From contig DATKRN010000022.1 of assembly GCA_035532155.1 (NCBI GenBank), forward strand, positions 8,078 to 72,077: a DNA stretch of 64,000 nucleotides, in the 5' to 3' direction. The position numbers were made by a program, and so were the translations under genes. Source of the DNA: Verrucomicrobiia bacterium (GTDB lineage: Bacteria; Chloroflexota; Dormibacteria; Aeolococcales; Bog-877). The notes below the pieces were generated by a model. It was not told the origin of the DNA and did no database searches. It was given only the letters and a program-made list of their open reading frames with translations. Shown here piece after piece: positions 57,921-64,000 of this stretch (its first letter is position 1; every line of letters starts with the position of its first letter).

Positions 57921-58736
57921 TCAGTCGGTCGCGGCCGGTCCGGGTCCGCTCTCCGGGAGCGGGCTCCCGAGGGCGTGGTAGCCCCCGTCCACGTGGAGCA
58001 GCTCGCCGGTGGTCGCCGTCAGGTAGTCGGAGAGCAGCACCGCCGCGGCCCGCGCCACCGGCCTGAGGTCGCGGGCGTCCCACCCGAGCGGGGCCTGGGC
58101 CGCCCAGCGCACCGGAAAGATCTCGAAGCCGGGGATCCCCTTGGCGGACATCGTGACCAGCGGGCCGGCCGCGATCGCGTTCACCCGGATCCGGTGGCGT
58201 CCCAGGTCGCGGGCCAGGTAGCGGACGACCGCCTCCAGCCCCGCCTTGGCCACCCCCATCCAATCGTAGTGGGGCCAGGCGACCCGCGCGTCGAAATCCA
58301 GCGTCACGATGCTGCCGCCGCGGGCGCGCATCAGCGGCAAACAGGCCCGGGCGAGGGCCTGGAGTGAGTAGGTGGAGATCTGGAGCGCGGACGCCACCGA
58401 CGTCCAGGGGGTCTCCAGGAAGTTGCCCCCGAGGGCATCGGGCGGGGCATTCCCGATCGAATGGACGATCCCGTCCAGATGGTCGCCGCCAGCGGTGAGC
58501 GCGGTGGTCAGACTCTCGAAATCCTCCGATCGGGTCACGTCGAGTTCGAGAATGGGCGGGACCGGGCGGAACCGCCGGGCGGTCCGCTCGGTGAGCGACC
58601 GAGCCCGCCCGAACGACGTGAGCACGATCTCCGCACCCTCCGCCTGCAGCTCGACCGCGATCGCCGAGGCGATCGAGCTCGGGGTGAGGACCCCGGTCAC
58701 TAGGATCCGCCGATCGTCAAGCAGCCCCATCGCCAT
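57921..58736 (-). CDS. fabI: Enoyl-[acyl-carrier-protein] reductase [NADH] (InhA-like)
   Basis: SDR fold (...ILVTGVLTPSSIASAIA...). Catalytic Y...K (...YDWMGVAKAGLEAVVRYLA...). Confidence 0.85.
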   Translation of the reverse strand: MAMGLLDDRRILVTGVLTPSSIASAIAVELQAEGAEIVLTSFGRARSLTERTARRFRPVPPILELDVTRSEDFESLTTALTAGGDHLDGIVHSIGNAPPDALGGNFLETPWTSVASALQISTYSLQALARACLPLMRARGGSIVTLDFDARVAWPHYDWMGVAKAGLEAVVRYLARDLGRHRIRVNAIAAGPLVTMSAKGIPGFEIFPVRWAAQAPLGWDARDLRPVARAAAVLLSDYLTATTGELLHVDGGYHALGSPLPESGPGPAATD

Positions 58737-58858
58737 CTCCCGCTCGCGTAAGGTCGGCTCGCCGGCGGCACCACGCCGCCCACCTGACCCGGGAAGGGTA
58801 GCGGGCGCCGAGGTCGCCAGGACGGCTCGCCTCGGGCCCGCGGCTAGAATCGGGTGCC

Positions 58859-59878
58859 GTGTCCATGGCGAGCGACCCGCCCCGGCGTCGGCGCGCCGGG
58901 CTGCGGGCGAGCGGAGGGGGCTCCACCCGCAGCCGGTGGGGCCGCCGGCTCACCGTTGCCGGGTTCGTCCTATCGGGCCTCTGCGGCGTGTTCTTCTACT
59001 TCCTCCCGGTGCTGACCACCGCCCTCCATGACACCGGCCAGGCGCGACCGGCGACCGACCCTGGAGCCGCAGCCGCGCCGGCTCCGGGGTCGGGTCAGCC
59101 CTTCACGGTGCTGCTGCTCGGGTCGGACAACGACAAAAAGTTCGTCGCCGCCCACATCCTCACTCAGACCATGATCTTGGTCCGGGTGGTCCCCGCCACC
59201 CACGCGGTGTGGATGCTGTCGCTGCCCCGCGACCTGTGGGTCCCGATCTCCACCGGCGGGTCCGCCAAGATCGACGCGGCTTACGAGCTGGGTGGGCCGG
59301 CGAGCGCGATCGCGACCGTGCAGCAGGACTTCCATGTGCATGTCGACTACTACGCGTGGGTGGGCCTCAACGGGCTGGTCGACCTGATCAATCGCCTGGG
59401 AGGCATCGACCTGATCGCCCAGATGCCGGTGCTGGACGACTTCTACCCGGCCGACCTCGCCGGAGGGGACCCCTACGGCTACCGTCGGGTAGCGGTCCTG
59501 CCCGGGCCGCAGTTCGACTCCGGACTGCTCTCGCTCGAGTACGTCCGCTCCCGGCACGGCGACCTGCTGGGGGACATCGCCCGGTCCAAGCGCCAGCAGG
59601 AGCTGCTGGTCGACCTGCGCGCCGCCGCCCACGCGGTCAGCCTGGCCGACCTCCCGTCGTTGATCAGCGCCCTGAACGGCCAGTTTCACACCGACCTCGG
59701 GCTGGGTCAGGTCTCCGCCCTGCTCCCCCTGGCACGGGGCATCACCTCGGCCGACGTCCACGAGCTGGTGATGCTGCCGCCCGACTTCAGCTACGGGGTG
59801 GCCGACGGCGAGGACGTCCTGTTCCCCAACTGGTCCGCGATCCAGCAGCTGGTGGCACGGGGGTTCCCCAGCTCGTGA
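58859..59878 (+). CDS. LytR-CpsA-Psr (LCP) family cell-wall glycopolymer ligase
   Basis: TM anchor then ...FTVLLLGSDNDKKF...ILVRVVPATHAVWMLSLPRDLWVPI...GGIDLI.... Confidence 0.8.
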   Translation: MSMASDPPRRRRAGLRASGGGSTRSRWGRRLTVAGFVLSGLCGVFFYFLPVLTTALHDTGQARPATDPGAAAAPAPGSGQPFTVLLLGSDNDKKFVAAHILTQTMILVRVVPATHAVWMLSLPRDLWVPISTGGSAKIDAAYELGGPASAIATVQQDFHVHVDYYAWVGLNGLVDLINRLGGIDLIAQMPVLDDFYPADLAGGDPYGYRRVAVLPGPQFDSGLLSLEYVRSRHGDLLGDIARSKRQQELLVDLRAAAHAVSLADLPSLISALNGQFHTDLGLGQVSALLPLARGITSADVHELVMLPPDFSYGVADGEDVLFPNWSAIQQLVARGFPSS

Positions 59879-60897
59879 CCCTCCGTCGCTCCGTCCGGAT
59901 CCTTAGGGCGGGCCTGCTGATCGTGGTGATGGGGGGGTTCGGACTCGGGGTCTGGCGCCTGCTCGGCGCCTTCCAGACCCACTTTCTCACCGGGGTGCGC
60001 CCGGACCAATCGCAAGCCCTCGTCAGCCTGCCGGGCACGGTCGTGCTGGCCCAGGGCGGGACCTTGTATCGCCTCCGTGGGGAGTCGTTCACCGCCATCA
60101 CCGGCAGGTCCGGACGCTGGACCCAACCCACCTTGGTCCCCGGCGGCGGGCTGATCGCCGTGTCCCAGACGATCGACTACTCGAACCTCGTGCAGTTGGC
60201 GTCGAACCGCCGCGATCGCCGCCTCCTCACCCACAACGCTGCCCCGGTCCAGGCGGACAACCACTGGGCCTACTATCCCCGGGTCAGTGCCGACGGGCGC
60301 AGCGTCTTCTATGCCTACGACCTTCACGACCCGGCGGCCAGCTACGATGTGACCTTCGCGATCATGAGCCAGCCGCTCGCGGGCGGCACGCCGACGCAAT
60401 GGACCACCCCCAACCCCTACACGGGCGGGGACGTCCAGCCCGTCCCGCTCCCGGGAGGGGGGCTGATCTACTCCAAGTGGGCGATCGACAGCACGGGGCA
60501 CACCTACTCACAGCTGTGGCTGCAGTCGGGGCCCGGGCAGCTCGGGGTCCCCCTCACCACCCCGACCTCCAATTGTCAGGAGCCGGCGCTGGCGCCGACG
60601 GGACACCTGCTCGCGATGATCTGCGTGGACGCCCGCACCCAGCAGGACACCCTCGCCGTGGCCGGGTTCAACGGTCACAGCCTGGGGCCCCGGCGCACCC
60701 TCGCCACCGGCCCCCTGCCGGCCAGTCCCACCTGGTCGCCGTCCGGCACCCAGCTCCTCTACCTCGCCCCGGCAGGCAGGCTCGGCCCCTTCCAGCTCTG
60801 GTGGCTGCGCACTCCGCTGGCGCGTCGGCCCGGGGCGCCGGTCCAGGTCACCAGCGGGCTCGACCTCACGGCGACCTCGGCGGTCGCCTGGAAGTAG
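59875..60897 (+). CDS. TolB/WD40-like beta-propeller repeat protein, membrane-anchored
   Basis: The GTG at 59875 overlaps the LCP gene's TGA. Contains PD40-like repeats. The in-frame upstream part of ORF 59209..60897 is an artefact. Confidence 0.6.
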   Translation: MTLRRSVRILRAGLLIVVMGGFGLGVWRLLGAFQTHFLTGVRPDQSQALVSLPGTVVLAQGGTLYRLRGESFTAITGRSGRWTQPTLVPGGGLIAVSQTIDYSNLVQLASNRRDRRLLTHNAAPVQADNHWAYYPRVSADGRSVFYAYDLHDPAASYDVTFAIMSQPLAGGTPTQWTTPNPYTGGDVQPVPLPGGGLIYSKWAIDSTGHTYSQLWLQSGPGQLGVPLTTPTSNCQEPALAPTGHLLAMICVDARTQQDTLAVAGFNGHSLGPRRTLATGPLPASPTWSPSGTQLLYLAPAGRLGPFQLWWLRTPLARRPGAPVQVTSGLDLTATSAVAWK

Positions 60898-60901
60898 GGC
60901 G

Positions 60902-61120
60902 GTGGCCACCTCATCGGTCAGCAGCGTGGTCGAGGTGGGTGCGCTGATCGTGGCGGTCTACACGGTGGCGCGGCTTCGGCCCCGGCCGGGCCGCGGCTGG
61001 CGGCTCCGGCGCCCGACTCCGCCCGATCGGGCACAGGGCTCGACGCCGCGCGACGGCCCCGCCGACCCCGCCGACCCCGCCGACGGGGGTGGCGATTCGG
61101 GGCCTGGACCACCGCTCTGA
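60902..61120 (+). CDS. Possible small single-TM protein
   Basis: Short ORF with a hydrophobic N-terminus and a low-complexity tail. Weakly supported. Confidence 0.2.
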   Translation: MATSSVSSVVEVGALIVAVYTVARLRPRPGRGWRLRRPTPPDRAQGSTPRDGPADPADPADGGGDSGPGPPL

Positions 61121-61208
61121 GCCCGAGCCTCCGACCGTCCCGAGATTGGACGACCGTGCGCCCGTCGCCTATCGTGGGCGCGATGCACGGTCGCGATCGG
61201 TCCAGGCC

Positions 61209-62255
61209 ATGAGCGCGCAGGCCGGGGCACGCCGACGGCTCCCGCGCCCCCGCCTCGGGACATGGCTGTCGGTGGTGGTCGGCCTGGCCGCCGTGGCCGC
61301 GCTGATCGTGCTCATCAATCCCGCCCTGCTGGGGCGAGCCCTGGAGCACTTCCAGCTGGAGCTGATTCCGGCCATCGTGATCGCTTCGCTCGGGTACTAC
61401 GTCCTCCAGGGGGTGCGCTGGCAGTTCCTGCTGCGGGACGCGGCGGTCCGCCTGCCGATGACCGGAACCGTCCTGCTCAACCTGGCCGGTCAGGCGACCA
61501 CGCTGCTCCCCCTGGGCGAGCTCACGCGCGCGGTACTGGTGGCCCAGGCCGCCGAGGCTGACTTCGGCGACGTCCTCGCCACCGTCACCGTGCAGGAGCT
61601 GATCTACACCCTACTTCTGATCGTGCTGGCGGTTCCGGGGCTGTTCGAGTTCCACCTCTCCCCCGCCATCCCGTTCGCGGCTCTCGCCGCCGCCTGTCTC
61701 GCCCTCGGGATCCTGACCATCCCGCCGCTATTTCGACGGGTCCATGGCCTCGTGACCAGAATTCCCGGGCTGGCCCGATTCGCCGGCCCACTCGACCAGC
61801 TCCAGCAGGAGACGGTGGAGTTGCTCCACCGCCCGGACACCGCCGGCTGGTCGCTGATCAGCGTGGTGCAGGCGGCGGCGATGGTTACCGCGTTCTGGCT
61901 GGTGGTTATCGCACTCGCCCCGGGCAGCCTCTCCTGGCCTGAGGCGGCGTCGATCTACGCGCTCGCCAGCATCGCCGGCGCGGTCAGCCTCATCCCCGGG
62001 GGGATCGGCGCCTCCGAGGCGGCGCTGGCGGGCCTGCTGATCGCAGCCGGGCTGACCCCGGCCAGCGCCACCGGAGTGGCCCTGATGCAACGGCTCGCCG
62101 ACAAGGGCCTCGCCACGCTGAGCGGCTTCGTCGCCTACGCGATCGCCCGCCCCCGCTATCACCTCTCCGGGCTGTTTGCGCTGCGACCGCGCGGGGGCGG
62201 GAGCGGCGGCGCGGTCGCCGGCGGCCTCGCGGCCGACTCCGCCACGCCGTCCTGA
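61209..62255 (+). CDS. UPF0104 / lysylphosphatidylglycerol-synthase-TM-region-like (flippase-like) membrane protein
   Basis: The ATG at 61209 gives MSAQAGARRRLP.... Eight TM. ...SLIPGGIGASEAALAGLL... motif. Confidence 0.65.
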   Translation: MSAQAGARRRLPRPRLGTWLSVVVGLAAVAALIVLINPALLGRALEHFQLELIPAIVIASLGYYVLQGVRWQFLLRDAAVRLPMTGTVLLNLAGQATTLLPLGELTRAVLVAQAAEADFGDVLATVTVQELIYTLLLIVLAVPGLFEFHLSPAIPFAALAAACLALGILTIPPLFRRVHGLVTRIPGLARFAGPLDQLQQETVELLHRPDTAGWSLISVVQAAAMVTAFWLVVIALAPGSLSWPEAASIYALASIAGAVSLIPGGIGASEAALAGLLIAAGLTPASATGVALMQRLADKGLATLSGFVAYAIARPRYHLSGLFALRPRGGGSGGAVAGGLAADSATPS

Positions 62256-62429
62256 CTCCATCCGCTACCGTGAGCGGCGCGGCTGATCGGGCGCGGTCCC
62301 GGGGCCGGTCGGCGACGCACGGGGCTGCTGGCCCAGCCCGGACGGGCGAGAGCGGAGGCGTGGGGTGGTGATCGAGGACGTGCGCGCCGGCCCGATCCGG
62401 CGTGCGCGCGGGACCGGGTTCCGAGGTCG

Positions 62430-64000
62430 GTGACCGCCGGGCTTCTCACCCTCTACTGGGTCCTCGTTCTGGGCGCGGGGGCGACGGCCGTGGGGCTGGT
62501 CGATTACCCCTGGCGCTGGCCGGAGCGCGCGGCGCTCAGCCTGGTCGCCGGACTCGTCCTCGGCACCCTGGCGGGCTATCTGCTCGCCTTCGGACCCGGG
62601 GTCTCTCCCGCCAGCGCGCTCGGCGGACCGCTGCTGGTGTGGCTGCTGGCGGCTCTGGTCGCCCGACGACGGGGGCGGCGGCCCCTGGGGCCGTGGGTGG
62701 AAGAGGGGCGGCGCTGGGCCCGCGCGCTGCGCTCCGGCTCGCTGCCGGAGGTCGAGATCGGGACCGGCCTGGTGCTGCTGGTCATCGGCATGGTCCTACT
62801 GGCGGTCATCCAGCGCGCGCTCATGCCCGGTCCGGGCGGGACCGTCACCACCGGCTACGACCCCACCTGGGATGACTGGTCGGTGCACCTGAGTTACGCC
62901 GAGTACTTCGCCTTCAGCCACCACTGGCCCCCGATCGACAGCCTGGCAGCCGGGCAGGTGCTCCGCTACCCGTTCATGGCCGACCTCCAGTCCGCGTTCC
63001 TGCGGGTGCTGGGGCAGGACCTCGCCGGCGCGCTGACCCTGCCGTCGTGGCTGGTCAGCTGGGCGGCGACCATCCTCATCTGGAGCGTCGGTCGGCGCCT
63101 GCTGGGGTCGCGACTGGCGGCGACCCTGGCGGTCCTGCTGGTGCTCCTGGGCGGCAGCCTCGGGTTTGCGCGCCTCTACCCGGACGCGTGCCGATTCGAG
63201 ACCCCCCAGGTGGCCGGAGCCGCCGCGCTGGTGCCGGCGAGTGCATGCTCCGGGCTGGCGACCGCCTCCCCCACGACCCTGGACGCGGTGGTGCGGGTGC
63301 TGCCCCGGGTCCTCGGTCACCTTCCGCGCAGCTACGACAGCTCTCCCGGGCTCGCCAGTGGCGCGGCGCCTCCCTTCCCGGACATCCAGCTCTACACGCC
63401 GCTGATCCTCTACTGGCTCGCCCAGCGCGACTACGACTACGGGGTGGCCATCCTCGCCACCCTGCTGCTGGGCGGCTGGATCGCCCTGCGCGAGCGCCGG
63501 CACGACCTGGCAGTGGCGGTCGGGGTGCTGGGAGCCGCGCTCTCGTTCTTCAACCCGTTCGGGTGGATCGCCGCCGTCATGATCGCGTGCGGCTGGTGGG
63601 CGCTGACGCGGCGGCGCGAGGCGGGGCTGGTGCTCGCGCCGCTGCTGCTCGGGGGACTGCCCTGCGAAGTCTTCGACGCGATCGGACCCCACGGACAGCT
63701 GAACGGGCCAGTGGGCGAGAACGTCTTCCCCGTGTTTCAGCTCGGCTGGTGGTCCAACCTCGGCGCCGTCTGCACCGGCGCCCAGCTCCACCACGGGGCG
63801 GCCTGCGTCGGCCTGTACCTCCACGGGGTGAACCCGCTCACCCTGGTCGCCTTCGCGATCAAGACCATGGCGGGTGGCAGCTTCTGGGCCAACCTCGTCC
63901 ATTTCTGGCTGCTCAACACCGGGGCGTTCTTGCCGCTCTGCGCTGCCGCCGCCGGCCTGGCCCTGCTGGCGCGCCGTCGCGGGCGCGTGCTCCGCGTGCT
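62430..64000 (+). CDS. Large polytopic membrane protein, possibly a GT-C-type glycosyltransferase. Partial: runs off the window end.
   Basis: This frame is not in the ORF track because it has no stop before the window end. My manual translation from GTG at 62430 (GAGG RBS) gives >520 hydrophobic-rich codons with no stop (VTAGLLTLYWVLVLGAGATAV...YPFMADLQSAF...). Confidence 0.5.
   Translation, partial: MTAGLLTLYWVLVLGAGATAVGLVDYPWRWPERAALSLVAGLVLGTLAGYLLAFGPGVSPASALGGPLLVWLLAALVARRRGRRPLGPWVEEGRRWARALRSGSLPEVEIGTGLVLLVIGMVLLAVIQRALMPGPGGTVTTGYDPTWDDWSVHLSYAEYFAFSHHWPPIDSLAAGQVLRYPFMADLQSAFLRVLGQDLAGALTLPSWLVSWAATILIWSVGRRLLGSRLAATLAVLLVLLGGSLGFARLYPDACRFETPQVAGAAALVPASACSGLATASPTTLDAVVRVLPRVLGHLPRSYDSSPGLASGAAPPFPDIQLYTPLILYWLAQRDYDYGVAILATLLLGGWIALRERRHDLAVAVGVLGAALSFFNPFGWIAAVMIACGWWALTRRREAGLVLAPLLLGGLPCEVFDAIGPHGQLNGPVGENVFPVFQLGWWSNLGAVCTGAQLHHGAACVGLYLHGVNPLTLVAFAIKTMAGGSFWANLVHFWLLNTGAFLPLCAAAAGLALLARRRGRVLRV

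Noticed and set aside
59209-60897. The 562-aa ORF as one gene
   Set aside because: Its N-terminal third overlaps the LCP gene in another frame. The beta-propeller protein starts at the GTG at 59875.
1-64000. CRISPR arrays, rRNA and tRNA genes
   Set aside because: No regularly spaced direct repeats were seen. No rRNA-like low-GC conserved blocks were seen. No T-loop-like GGTTCGA.TCC motifs turned up in the intergenic spots I scanned, including the island borders.

Overview
This is a ~70% GC, actinobacterial-type chromosomal segment, judged from the F420-type PPOX oxidoreductase, the MarP-like protease, the LCP ligase, the MurT/GatD pair, the InhA-like FabI, the single-chain GlyRS and lipobox lipoproteins. 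Most of it is densely packed housekeeping genes. At the left edge a UvrD-like helicase/RecB-Cas4-like nuclease runs off the window, followed by a TetR regulator and an orphan family-5 solute-binding protein (SBP). Next come a DUF1707/LiaF-like gene and a decayed homogentisate locus: hmgA is N-truncated with an in-frame TGA and a frameshift, and the neighbouring FAH-family gene is frameshifted. Then follow a PaaI thioesterase, ppdK, a GH114 glycosidase, lysA, an MsbA-type ABC exporter, glyQS, an FAD oxidoreductase, a second SBP paralog with lower GC, an EamA transporter, and an unusual single ORF fusing a complete cysteinyl-tRNA-synthetase-like enzyme to a GT2 glycosyltransferase. A SIMPL-domain protein, recO and a CorC/TlyC gene precede a small accessory island (~28.5-33 kb). 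The island holds a degraded IS481-family transposase, a pair of small membrane proteins, and an intact IS5-family element with 13-bp terminal inverted repeats and a CTAA target-site duplication sitting exactly on a neighbouring gene's stop codon. The rest is prs-glmU, a crotonase, a CE4 deacetylase, nth, two lipoproteins (one a cupredoxin), holA, rpsT, ispE, murT-gatD, ppk1, a PPOX-like protein, rpiA, a MarP-like protease, a MarR-MFS module, fabI, and an envelope cluster (LCP, beta-propeller, UPF0104, large membrane protein). The most unusual locus is a tight six-gene operon (39.8-44.9 kb): two cytochrome-bd-subunit-I-like (CydA-like) membrane proteins flank a twin-arginine-signal (Tat) Rieske protein and a cytochrome b, with no c-type cytochrome. 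This looks like a candidate non-canonical quinol-oxidising respiratory module. Start/stop overlaps of the GTGA type, consistent with translational coupling, recur across the window. No rRNA, tRNA or CRISPR was seen. Many long ORFs in the six-frame track are antisense or alternate-frame artefacts of high GC and were rejected.
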